A stretch of DNA of 64,000 nt from Escherichia coli (GTDB taxonomy: Bacteria > Pseudomonadota > Gammaproteobacteria > Enterobacterales > Enterobacteriaceae), in NCBI RefSeq assembly GCF_003334305.1, contig NZ_QOWS01000010.1, one strand, 5' to 3'. Positions 38,644 to 51,471 of the stretch are shown here, piece after piece. Numbering within the stretch: the stretch's first letter is position 1; the number at the start of each line of letters is the position of its first letter. Position numbers and translations under genes: made by a program. The notes beneath the pieces are model-generated. The model searched no databases. It had not been told where the DNA came from and was given only the letters and a program-made list of their open reading frames with translations.

Positions 38644-39417
38644 ATGATAAAACGGACGTTATTAGCGGCGGCCATTTTTAGCGCATTGCCCGCTTATGCC
38701 GGGTTAACTTCCATTACCGCGGGCTACGATTTTACCGATTATTCTGGCGATCATGGCAACCGTAATTTAGCGTATGCTGAACTGGTGGCGAAAGTTGAAA
38801 ACGCAACGCTGCTTTTTAATCTTTCCCAGGGGCGTCGTGATTATGAAACTGAACATTTCAATGCCACTCGCGGTCAGGGTGCGGTCTGGTATAAATGGAA
38901 TAACTGGCTGACAACCCGAACGGGTATTGCCTTTGCGGATAATACGCCGGTCTTTGCCCGCCAGGATTTTCGTCAGGATATTAACCTGGCCCTGTTGCCA
39001 AAAACGCTTTTCACGACCGGTTATCGCTACACTAAATATTACGATGATGTCGAAGTCGATGCCTGGCAAGGCGGCGTATCACTCTATACTGGCCCGGTGA
39101 TCACCAGCTACCGCTATACCCATTATGACTCCAGCGATGCAGGTGGTAGTTATAGCAATATGATTTCCGTGCGTCTGAATGACCCGCGCGGCACTGGTTA
39201 TACGCAACTATGGCTAAGCCGCGGAACAGGCGCTTACACCTATGACTGGACGCCAGAAACACGCTACGGCAGCATGAAGAGCGTCAGTCTGCAACGTATT
39301 CAACCGCTGACTGAGCAACTTAATCTCGGGCTGACGGCAGGTAAAGTGTGGTACGACACCCCAACCGATGATTATAACGGTCTGCAACTTGCAGCCCATC
39401 TGACCTGGAAATTCTGA
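38644..39417 (+). CDS. yaiO: Outer-membrane beta-barrel protein YaiO
   Basis: 257-aa ORF, signal peptide (…ALPAYA|G), alternating amphipathic strands, C-terminal …LTWKF; AGGAG SD; ATG one nt after yaiX stop. Confidence 0.88.
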   Translation: MIKRTLLAAAIFSALPAYAGLTSITAGYDFTDYSGDHGNRNLAYAELVAKVENATLLFNLSQGRRDYETEHFNATRGQGAVWYKWNNWLTTRTGIAFADNTPVFARQDFRQDINLALLPKTLFTTGYRYTKYYDDVEVDAWQGGVSLYTGPVITSYRYTHYDSSDAGGSYSNMISVRLNDPRGTGYTQLWLSRGTGAYTYDWTPETRYGSMKSVSLQRIQPLTEQLNLGLTAGKVWYDTPTDDYNGLQLAAHLTWKF

Positions 39418-39526
39418 TTCCTTCTGCCGCCCGCTATCCGGGGCGGCCTTCCCTGCCGATTAGCCCCCCCCTTTCCTCTTTGTTTTCCGACCACATTCAC
39501 CGGATAAATTTTATTCTCCAGTGTTA

Positions 39527-39577
39527 TATACTATAGGGGGGTATGCATTGACATATAGCATACCCCCCTATAGTATA
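39527..39577 (+). promoter_or_regulatory. frmRAB promoter embedded in FrmR operator palindrome
   Basis: Perfect 20-bp inverted repeat TATACTATAGGGGGGTATGC / GCATACCCCCCTATAGTATA around an 11-bp spacer containing TTGACA (39548-39553); TAGTAT -10 candidate 17 bp downstream. Confidence 0.7.
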
Positions 39578-39602
39578 TTGTGTGCAGATAATGAGGTGCG
39601 AA

Positions 39603-39878
39603 ATGCCCAGTACTCCGGAAGAGAAGAAAAAGGTCCTTACTCGAGTTCGTCGTATTCGAGGGCAGATTGATGCTCTGGAACGGTCGCTGGAGGGTGATGC
39701 CGAATGCCGTGCCATACTCCAACAGATCGCTGCCGTTCGGGGCGCGGCTAATGGGCTGATGGCAGAAGTGCTTGAAAGCCATATCCGGGAAACGTTTGAC
39801 CGAAATGACTGCTACAGCCGCGAAGTCAGCCAATCCGTTGACGACACTATTGAACTGGTTCGAGCCTATCTTAAATAG
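39603..39878 (+). CDS. frmR: Formaldehyde-responsive repressor FrmR (RcnR/CsoR family)
   Basis: 91 codons from ATG 39603 ([30 protein letters not shown]...). Confidence 0.9.
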
Positions 39879-39882
39879 CTGA

Positions 39883-41022
<1,140 letters not shown>

Positions 41023-41114
41023 TTTCCCGCAGGTATACCCCGTCCACTTCAGACGGGGTTCTTAATACTCTCCCTGGGCAGCCGTCCGGGGGATTAACCG
41101 TGAGATAATGACTG

Positions 41115-41948
41115 ATGGAACTCATTGAAAAACATGCCAGCTTTGGCGGCTGGCAAAATGTGTATCGGCATTATTCCCAATCACTGAAATGTGAAATGAA
41201 TGTCGGCGTCTATCTCCCACCAAAAGCCGCGAATGAAAAATTGCCGGTGCTGTACTGGCTTTCGGGCCTGACCTGCAACGAGCAGAATTTCATTACTAAA
41301 TCGGGGATGCAGCGTTACGCGGCTGAACACAACATTATTGTTGTTGCGCCGGACACCAGTCCGCGAGGCAGTCATGTCGCAGATGCCGACCGTTACGATC
41401 TCGGGCAAGGTGCCGGGTTTTACCTGAACGCAACGCAAGCGCCGTGGAATGAACATTACAAAATGTATGACTATATCCGCAACGAGCTGCCGGATTTAGT
41501 GATGCAACATTTTCCGGCAACGACCAGAAAGTCTATCTCTGGTCATTCTATGGGCGGGCTGGGCGCGCTGGTGCTGGCGTTACGTAACCCAGATGAATAT
41601 GTCAGCGTCTCGGCGTTTTCGCCCATTGTCTCCCCATCGCAAGTACCGTGGGGACAGCAAGCCTTTGCCGCATATCTTGGTGAAAATAAAGATGCCTGGT
41701 TGAATTACGATCCGGTGAGTCTTATTTCACAAGGTCAACGCGTTGCGGAAATCATGGTTGATCAGGGGTTGAGTGATGATTTTTACGCGGAACAGCTGCG
41801 GACTCCAAATCTTGAAAAGATCTGCCAGGAGATGAATATCAAGACGTTAATCCGTTATCACGAGGGTTACGACCACAGCTATTATTTTGTCTCCAGTTTT
41901 ATTGGCGAGCATATTGCCTACCACGCCAATAAACTGAATATGCGTTGA
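41115..41948 (+). CDS. frmB: S-formylglutathione hydrolase
   Basis: 277-aa ORF, esterase D fold with GHSMGG nucleophile elbow. Confidence 0.93.
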   Translation: MELIEKHASFGGWQNVYRHYSQSLKCEMNVGVYLPPKAANEKLPVLYWLSGLTCNEQNFITKSGMQRYAAEHNIIVVAPDTSPRGSHVADADRYDLGQGAGFYLNATQAPWNEHYKMYDYIRNELPDLVMQHFPATTRKSISGHSMGGLGALVLALRNPDEYVSVSAFSPIVSPSQVPWGQQAFAAYLGENKDAWLNYDPVSLISQGQRVAEIMVDQGLSDDFYAEQLRTPNLEKICQEMNIKTLIRYHEGYDHSYYFVSSFIGEHIAYHANKLNMR

Positions 41949-41962
41949 TAATAGTGCACGAC

Positions 41963-42050
41963 TGCCGGATGCGGCGTGAACGCCTTATCCGCCTACATTT
42001 CGCCCGCAGGCCGTAGGCATGATAAGACGCGCATAGCGTCGCATCAGGCA
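41963..42050. repeat. BIME (two inverted REP units) between frmB and yaiL
   Basis: TGCCGGATGCGGCGTGAACGCCTTATCCGCCTAC and AGGCCGTAGGCATGATAAGACGCGCATAGCGTCGCATCAGGCA. Confidence 0.8.
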
Positions 42051-42072
42051 TCTGCGCACGACTTATCTATGT

Positions 42073-42612
42073 TTACCACATCAAATCATCAGGCACTTTG
42101 AAGTCGGCATATGGGTCGTCTTCATCCTGCTCTTCGGCGCTGAGCGCGCTGTGCAACACTATACTGCTGGCATCACGCTGAGCTATTTTATCGGCAACGC
42201 TGGCGGGAATAATGGCGTATTCACCTTCGCTATTGTTATCGACCAACAAGCGAGCAATCGCCAGACGACCATTAATCAACTGCGCCTGTGTGAGCTTATC
42301 GACAAAAATCTTCTTAATCAGATTGCCGTCAGTGAAGTTAAAACCAATATCGCCATTGGCAATGGTGATTCGGTTCATTTCAATGAGCTGCTTCACCTGA
42401 GCTTTATATTCTTTCGCCAACGCAGCTTGTTTTTGTTGCTCGCTAAGCTGTTTATCACGCTCAAGCTGTGCCTTTTTATTTTCTTCTACCGCCGCCCGAG
42501 CTTCACGCGCCTGAACGCGCGATTTTTTCGCCGTTCTCTCGACCTTCGCCGCTTTTTTGCTGGTGACTAATCCTGCTTTGAGCAACTGCTCTTGTAAGGT
42601 AAGTTTTGCCAT
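42073..42612 (-). CDS. yaiL: DUF2058 protein YaiL
   Basis: 179 codons from ATG at 42610-42612 (MAKLTLQEQLLKAGLVTSKKAAK...), Lys/Ala-rich, acidic C-terminus. Confidence 0.85.
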   Translation of the reverse strand: MAKLTLQEQLLKAGLVTSKKAAKVERTAKKSRVQAREARAAVEENKKAQLERDKQLSEQQKQAALAKEYKAQVKQLIEMNRITIANGDIGFNFTDGNLIKKIFVDKLTQAQLINGRLAIARLLVDNNSEGEYAIIPASVADKIAQRDASSIVLHSALSAEEQDEDDPYADFKVPDDLMW

Positions 42613-42713
42613 CTTTGTTTCCAAACCCGCTGAATAATTTTTAGCGAGTATACCTGTAAACGCCGTGGGTGTATTGGGGGCAAGTCCCTTTCGCCCCTGC
42701 TTAATAAGGCGCG

Positions 42714-43925
42714 TCAGGCATCGGCACACGGCTGCATTCTTGATCTCCGACTCATCAAAATAAACACCGCCAACCCAGCAACAAGAATACCCGGTGCAGA
42801 AGCGGCCATTACGCCGACCGTGCCAGTGCCTAATGCCAGCATTTTCCCGGCCAGTAACGGACCGCTCATAGCCCCCAGACGCCCTACCGCCACGGCTGTT
42901 CCCACACCTGTTGCGCGGATCTGCGAACTGTAAAACAACGGTGCCAGGGCATACAAAACGCTTTGTCCACCTGTCGCAAACAACCCCGCGACAAATCCCG
43001 CCAGCAACATACCGTTAAATGACGACACCGTTCCAAGCGCCAGCAGCGAAGCTAACATGCCGCTATAAATCAGTAGCGACATGGTTACTGGACGCAGCTT
43101 ATCCATCAATGCGCCCAACATTAACGTCCCGCTTGCCGCCCCCATTTGCAGGGCAAACATCACCCCTGCCGCCTGCGATGGCTGGAATCCTTGCTCCACC
43201 AAAAGTAGCGGTAGCCAGTTGATCAACATATAAACCACCAGCAGAGTGAAGAAATAACACAACCACAGCAGCAGCGTCGCGGTTGCCGTTTCTGGCGCAA
43301 ATAAGGCACGCAGTGGTGGCGCAGCCTGTTTTTCGCCAGCGAAAACCGCTGACTCCGGCAGCCAGCGCATTAATAGCGGCACCAGAATCAACGGCACCAC
43401 ACCACCTACCCAAAACACCGTTTGCCATGCTAAGTTTGCCCCCGCGAAACCCAGTGTCGCCGCCAGCGCCGCGCCAATGGGAACACCGCAATACATCAGG
43501 CTCACTGCCGTCCCACGAAAACGTGGACCCGCGGCTTCAGACGTCAGGGCGATAAGATTCGGCAACGCCGCCCCCAGCCCGACACCGGTCATCAGCCGCG
43601 CAAAGACCAGTGAGGGGAAATCCCAGGCAATCGCCGTTGCCAGTGAGAACAAACCAAACAGCGCAACTGAGCCAATCAAAATACGCTTACGACCATAACG
43701 GTCTGCCAGCATCCCGCCAACCAACGCGCCGGGTAGCAAACCGAGTATTCCGGCGCTAAATATCCAGCCCATTTGCATTTTATCGAGTGCGAAAGCCTGG
43801 GCGATGCCACCCGCCGCAATGCCAGCCGCCTGAAGATCCAGCCCTTCCATCAGAGCGACCAAAAAACAAAGCCCGATGGTCAGCATCAGGCGGGATGAAG
43901 ATGATGAAGGGGTACGAGTCGACAT
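42714..43925 (-). CDS. mhpT: 3-hydroxyphenylpropionate MFS transporter
   Basis: 403 codons from ATG at 43923-43925 (MSTRTPSSSSSRLMLTIGL...). Confidence 0.9.
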   Translation of the reverse strand: MSTRTPSSSSSRLMLTIGLCFLVALMEGLDLQAAGIAAGGIAQAFALDKMQMGWIFSAGILGLLPGALVGGMLADRYGRKRILIGSVALFGLFSLATAIAWDFPSLVFARLMTGVGLGAALPNLIALTSEAAGPRFRGTAVSLMYCGVPIGAALAATLGFAGANLAWQTVFWVGGVVPLILVPLLMRWLPESAVFAGEKQAAPPLRALFAPETATATLLLWLCYFFTLLVVYMLINWLPLLLVEQGFQPSQAAGVMFALQMGAASGTLMLGALMDKLRPVTMSLLIYSGMLASLLALGTVSSFNGMLLAGFVAGLFATGGQSVLYALAPLFYSSQIRATGVGTAVAVGRLGAMSGPLLAGKMLALGTGTVGVMAASAPGILVAGLAVFILMSRRSRMQPCADA

Positions 43926-44018
43926 AAGATGAACCTCATTGCGAGTGCAGGTGAATCGCGACTGATACATTGCCAGCCGCGTAATCAGAACTATTTAATG
44001 ACTGCCTACGGGCGAAAT

Positions 44019-44060
44019 GTAGGCCGGATAAGGCGTTCACGCCGCATCCGGCAGTCGTGC
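44019..44060. repeat. REP element between mhpE and mhpT
   Basis: GTAGGCCGGATAAGGCGTTCACGCCGCATCCGGCAGTCGTGC, reverse complement of the REP at 41955-41996. Confidence 0.8.
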
Positions 44061-44100
44061 TGGGATGGGCATACAAAATGCACGTTCTCGGCAGTCATCA

Positions 44101-45110
44101 TTATTTGTTGTTGCGCAGATCCAGCGCCACGTCAACGATCATATCCTCCTGGCCGCCAACCATCCGGCGTTTGCCCAGCTCAACGAGAATATCCACCGCA
44201 CTTAAGCCATAACGCGCCGCCGCCGTTTCACAGTGACGCAGGAAGCTCGAGTAAACACCAGCGTATCCCAGCGCCAGCGTTTCGCGATCGACTCGTACCG
44301 GTCGATCCTGCAACGGACGCACCAGGTCGTCGGCGGCATCCATTAACGCATAGAGATCGGTCCCATGCTGCCAGCCCAGTTTATCCGCGGCGGCAATAAA
44401 CACTTCCAGCGGTGCGTTACCTGCGCCCGCGCCCATTCCCGCGAGGCTGGCGTCGATTCGGTCGCAGCCCTCTTCCACCGCCGCGATAGAGTTCGCCACG
44501 CCAAGACTCAGGTTATGGTGAGCGTGCATGCCAGTTTGCGTTTCTGGTTTCAGCTCTGCTTTCAGGGCGCGGAAACGGTCACGGATATCGCTCATGTTCA
44601 TCGCACCGCCAGAATCCACCACATAAATACAGGTCGCACCGTAGCCTTCCATCAGCTTTGCCTGCTTTGCGAGATTCTCCGGCGTGGTCATATGGCTCAT
44701 CATCAGAAAACCAACGGTGTCCATTCCGAGCTCGCGGGCATACTGAATATGCTGGGCGGAAACATCAGCTTCGGTACAGTGCGTTGCCACACGAACCACC
44801 CGCGCGCCAGCCTGCCAGGCATTTTTCAGATCGTGAATAGTGCCGATTCCTGGCAGCAACAACGTCGCGATTTTGGCGTGCTTCACCACATCCGCCGCTG
44901 CTTCAATCCATTCAAGGTCGCTATGTGCGCCGAAACCATAGTTAAAGCTGGAACCCTGCAAACCGTCGCCATGGGCCACTTCAATCGAATCCACGCGGGC
45001 ATCGTCCAGTGCTTTGGCAATCTGGCGAACGTTTTCCAGCGAATACTGATGACGAATGGCGTGCATACCGTCACGCAACGTGACGTCCGAGATATAAAGT
45101 TTTTTACCGT

Positions 45111-45114
<4 letters not shown>
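44101..45114 (-). CDS. mhpE: 4-hydroxy-2-oxovalerate aldolase
   Basis: 337-aa ORF recognised as MhpE. Confidence 0.95.
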
Positions 45115-46876
<1,762 letters not shown>

Positions 46877-47743
46877 TTAAGGGCGTGCGAGGAAATTCAG
46901 CACCAATTGATTGAAAGCGTCGGCATGTTCCCACTGCGCCCAGTGACCACAGTCGCGGAAGATATGCAGTTCAGAACCGGCAATGCCGGACAGCAGACGC
47001 AGACCCGCATCCATCGGCACAAAGCGGTCGTTGCGCCCCCAGACAATCAGGGTTTGCGCTTTGATTTCCGCCAGACGTGGGCCAAAATCCGGGAACTGTT
47101 TCGGATTAGCTTCCAGGCTCTTAACGAAGTTTTCCAGGTGATCGCGGCGCGACAGCATATTATTCAGGCGCGCTTCAAACAGGGCGTCGGTCAAATCGCT
47201 GGTATCGAAAACGAAGATATCCATCATCAGCTTCAGGTTTTCGATAGTCGGCTGACGATAAAGCTGATTCAGTCGCTTAATACCTTCGGTTGGCATCGGC
47301 GTAAACAAACTCATGCCGCCCGTACCGCCGCCCATCAGCACCAGTTTGCCGACGCGCTCCGGCCAGTTAAGGGTGAACGCCACAGAACTATGGCCGCCCA
47401 TCGAGTTGCCCAGCAGGTGGATTTTGGCGATATCCAGTTGATCCACCACGCTTTTCAGGATTCGTGCATTAAGATCCGATCGTGAACCACTATTAACGAT
47501 CGAATCGCTTTTGCCCCAACCCGGACAATCCAGCAGGATTACCCGATAGCCCGCCTCTACCAGCGGATCGATATTGCGGCTGAAGTTCGCCCAGCCAGTA
47601 GCACCCGGGCCGGAACCATGCAGCAGGACAACGGTTTCGTCGCCTTGTCCGCAGTCATTAAAATGGATGCGCAGCGTTTTACCCGCTTCTTCTACATTCA
47701 GAAAACGGCTGGTGGCGGCTTCGGTTTGTGGCTGATAACTCAT
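46877..47743 (-). CDS. mhpC: 2-hydroxy-6-ketonona-2,4-dienedioate hydrolase
   Basis: 288 codons from ATG at 47741-47743 ([14 protein letters not shown]...), alpha/beta hydrolase GNSMGG; longer upstream starts possible. Confidence 0.9.
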
Positions 47744-47760
47744 CATCTTCTCCTGCATAT

Positions 47761-48705
47761 TCAGTTCTCTGTTCTGGCGCTTAACGAGCCAAATCCGGCA
47801 ATCCACTCCGGGATTGGGCGGTAATAACGCCCTTCGCTACGCCAGTTGCCAAATGTAGAAATAGCGGCAAAAGCGGCGACCCAGGTTTTGATTTCATGTG
47901 TCGACTTTCCGGCAATGGCGGAAAGCTCTTCGTTACTGACGGCATCCAGTTCCTGTATGCGTCCCTGCTCCAGCAAAGTCATGAACTGGTTATCCCAAAT
48001 CGGGTTGAGCGGATGCAGAGTTCTCTGATCCTCAACAAACTTCTCAGCGGCGCTAATCACCCGTTGCTGACGCAATTCGCGCTCACTGGCGGGTAAATCT
48101 TTCCCGCTCCCCAACAGACGGTCGCGCATATGGGCATCGGCTTTCGCCAGTTCGGGCACCGGCGGCTGATGGGAAAGCCCACCGGAACCCAGGAACAGCA
48201 CGCGTTTATTGAGAGTGCTGGTGAAACGTCCAATGGCTTCACCCAACATGCGGGTACGCTGGAAACCGGGCAGCGGCGTGGCGACACCGTTGATGAACAC
48301 AGGCAGAACTGGCACCTTATCCAGCCCACCGAGCAGGAACTCCAGCGGCTGGGCGAACCCGTGGTCCACCTGCATACAGTAAGAAACGGCAAGATCGATC
48401 CCGCTCTTCATGACAGCATGCGCACAGGCCTCCGCCAGCTCCACAGGCACGGGCAGCTCTCCTGCCGCACTGCCGAAATCACCAATTGCCGTCGCTCCAA
48501 CGCCTAAACAGAACGGTGGCATCACGTCATAGAAAAAGCCGTTGTAGTGATCTGGCGCAAACAGCACCACCAGTTCAGGGGAGAAAGCCGCAATACGCTC
48601 GCGGGCGCTGGCAATCACGCCATTGACCTCATCGAGTACCTCTTGCGCCGGGTCGACATACCCCACCAACGGCGAGTGGGAAAGACAGTGAAGATAAGCG
48701 TGCAT
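47761..48705 (-). CDS. mhpB: 3-carboxyethylcatechol 2,3-dioxygenase (extradiol)
   Basis: 314-aa ORF recognised as MhpB. Confidence 0.95.
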
Positions 48706-48706
48706 A

Positions 48707-50371
48707 TCAGGCTACCTTTTCGACAGAAACGTCGGCATCAGGGCGGGTCAGCGTCATCACCGACGCCAGTTTATTCAGCGTATTGCCCAGGATTTGCGGA
48801 ATGGCGGTGGCGGCAACAAAGCGATCCGGGCGCATCACCACCAGCGAAGCATTGTGTTGCGCGAACCAGCTACGCAGACGACCTTGCGTATCGCCCACGC
48901 GTAGCACGCCGTCGTGGTTATCCTGTGCGGTATGAATTTGCACTTCCGGCACCACCTGAATGAAGCGTGTGCCCAACGCGCGCCACTGCTGGATTTGCTC
49001 GTCGCTCATCCCCCACAGTGGATTGCATCCCCAGCCAATTACCGCGAAGTTCGCGCCAATCGCGTTATCGAGCAGCGTCACGTCGCCGTTTTCCAGCGTG
49101 ACTTTCGGCTGAATAAACATCTTGCCGACCGGAGAGTGCTTCGCTTCGCCCTCACGTACCAGCGCACCGCCGTAATATTGCGGCATCGGCTTGAAGCGCA
49201 TTTCGAGGAAGTAGCGTTTTACTGGCGGCAGATAATTCAGTAGCCAGGAAACGCCGTCACGTAACGTACCCTGCCAGCGTTTCGGCGGAGCCAGCACGTT
49301 GCCCGCCGTCACGGACAGGTCAATCATCGCTTTGGCGTGATCGCGACGTTCTTGTTGATAGGTATCGAGCAGCGCATCGCGGGCTTTCCCCTGGATAACC
49401 AACGCCAGTTTCCAGGCGAGGTTAAAGGCGTCGCGCATACCACTGTTATAGCCCTGCCCCTGCCACACCGGCATGATGTGCGCGGCATCGCCCGCCAGCA
49501 GTACGCGATCAATACGGAAACGTTGCGCCAGTCGCGCGTTATGGGTGTAGACACGCTGGCGAATCAATTCAACATTGTCCGGATTAGGCAGCACTTTGCT
49601 TAACAGCTTGCGCATATTTTGCGGCTCACGCAGCTGCTCTTCGGTTTCTCCCGGCATCACCATAAATTCAAAGCGACGTACCGCATGAGGCAGCGCGGCA
49701 GAAACATACGGGCGCACCGGATCGCAACACAAATAGATATGCGGCGTACTTAACGGATCGTTGGCGATATCTACCACAATCCACTGATTTGGCGCAGTTT
49801 TACCTTCAAACGGCACATTCAGAGTGCGACGGACAAAACTTGCTCCACCGTCACAGGCTACCAGCCACTGGGCTTTGACCGTTTCCCGCTGCCCTTCTGC
49901 CGTTTTCAGGTGCAAGGTCACTTCGTCATTTTGCTGGCTGAAGGCCTCCAGCTCGCGGGCAAACAAGCAGCGCACATTCGGAAAACGCGACAACCCTTCC
50001 AGCATCACCGCATCGACCTGTGGCTGAATAAAGGCGTTACGGCGCGGCCAGCCAAATTCATCGGTCATTGGCTGAATATCAGCAAAACAGCGGCCTTTTG
50101 GGGTGAGAAAACGCATCGCGTGCCACGGTGTAGTGTGCGGCAGAACATTCTCGACCAGGCCGACCGACTGCATGGTGCGCAGCGCCTCGTCATCAATACC
50201 AATCGCACGCGGGTAGTCGATCAACTTATCGAGTTTCTCCACCACCAGCACGTCAATGCCCATCTGACCGAGATAGTTCGCCATCATCAGCCCAACCGGA
50301 CCGGCACCAGCGATCGCCACCTGAACGCTATGGTTAACAGCAGGCTGGATGTCAGGGTGTTGTATTGCCAT
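48707..50371 (-). CDS. mhpA: 3-(3-hydroxyphenyl)propionate hydroxylase (FAD monooxygenase)
   Basis: 554-aa ORF, FAD-binding GAGPVG motif. Confidence 0.95.
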
Positions 50372-50561
50372 TTCAGTACCTCACGACTCGGACAAAATGC
50401 CGTTGCGCGCACAGTACAGCGCAACTTATTTTGTTAAAAACATGTAAATGATTTTTTATTGTGCGCTCAGTATAGGAAGGGTGTTTTCGGCTACAATCAA
50501 AACATGCCCGAATGTGCACCAGGTGCACAACGTTGTTTTAACTATAGAAATGTCAATTAAT

Positions 50562-51395
50562 ATGCAGAACAATGAGCAGACGGAATACAAAACCGTGCGC
50601 GGCTTAACCCGCGGTCTAATGTTATTAAATATGTTAAATAAACTTGATGGCGGTGCCAGCGTCGGGCTGCTGGCGGAACTCAGCGGCCTGCATCGCACCA
50701 CTGTGCGGCGAATGCTGGAGACGCTGCAGGAAGAGGGATATGTCCGCCGTAGCCCCTCCGATGATAGTTTTCGACTGACCATCAAAGTGCGGCAATTAAG
50801 CGAAGGATTTCGTGACGAACAGTGGATTTCTGCACTGGCGGCCCCACTGCTGGGCGATCTGTTGCGCGAAGTGGTATGGCCGACAGATGTGTCCACGCTG
50901 GATGTTGATGCAATGGTGGTACGCGAAACCACTCACCGTTTCAGCCGCTTATCCTTTCACCGGGCAATGGTCGGGCGACGTTTGCCGCTTCTGAAAACCG
51001 CCTCGGGCCTGACCTGGCTGGCCTTTTGCCCGGAACAAGAACGCAAGGAATTAATCGAAATGTTAGCCGCCCGCCCCGGTGATGACTATCAACTGGCACG
51101 AGAACCGTTAAAGCTGCAAGCCATTCTGGCGCGCGCGCGCAAAGAGGGTTACGGACAGAACTACCGCGGCTGGGATCAGGAGGAGAAGATTGCCTCTATC
51201 GCCGTACCGCTGCGCAGTGAACAACGGGTGATTGGCTGTCTGAATCTGGTGTATATGGCGAGCGCAATGACCATTGAACAGGCAGCGGAAAAGCATCTTC
51301 CGGCGCTACAACGGGTAGCAAAACAGATCGAAGAAGGGGTTGAATCGCAGGCTATTCTGGTGGCCGGACGGCGAAGCGGCGTGCATTTACGTTGA
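50562..51395 (+). CDS. mhpR: IclR-family activator of the mhp operon
   Basis: 277 codons from ATG 50562 (MQNNEQTEYKTVRGLTRGLMLLN...); divergent from mhpA. Confidence 0.9.
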   Translation: MQNNEQTEYKTVRGLTRGLMLLNMLNKLDGGASVGLLAELSGLHRTTVRRMLETLQEEGYVRRSPSDDSFRLTIKVRQLSEGFRDEQWISALAAPLLGDLLREVVWPTDVSTLDVDAMVVRETTHRFSRLSFHRAMVGRRLPLLKTASGLTWLAFCPEQERKELIEMLAARPGDDYQLAREPLKLQAILARARKEGYGQNYRGWDQEEKIASIAVPLRSEQRVIGCLNLVYMASAMTIEQAAEKHLPALQRVAKQIEEGVESQAILVAGRRSGVHLR

Positions 51396-51471
51396 CACCA
51401 TCGAATGGCGCAAAACCTTTCGTGGTATGGCATGATAGCGCCCGGAAGAGAGTCAATTCAGGGTGGTGAAT

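Noticed and set aside
49910-50437. 175-aa + strand ORF
   Set aside because: Antisense within mhpA; His/Gln/Arg-rich non-protein-like composition.
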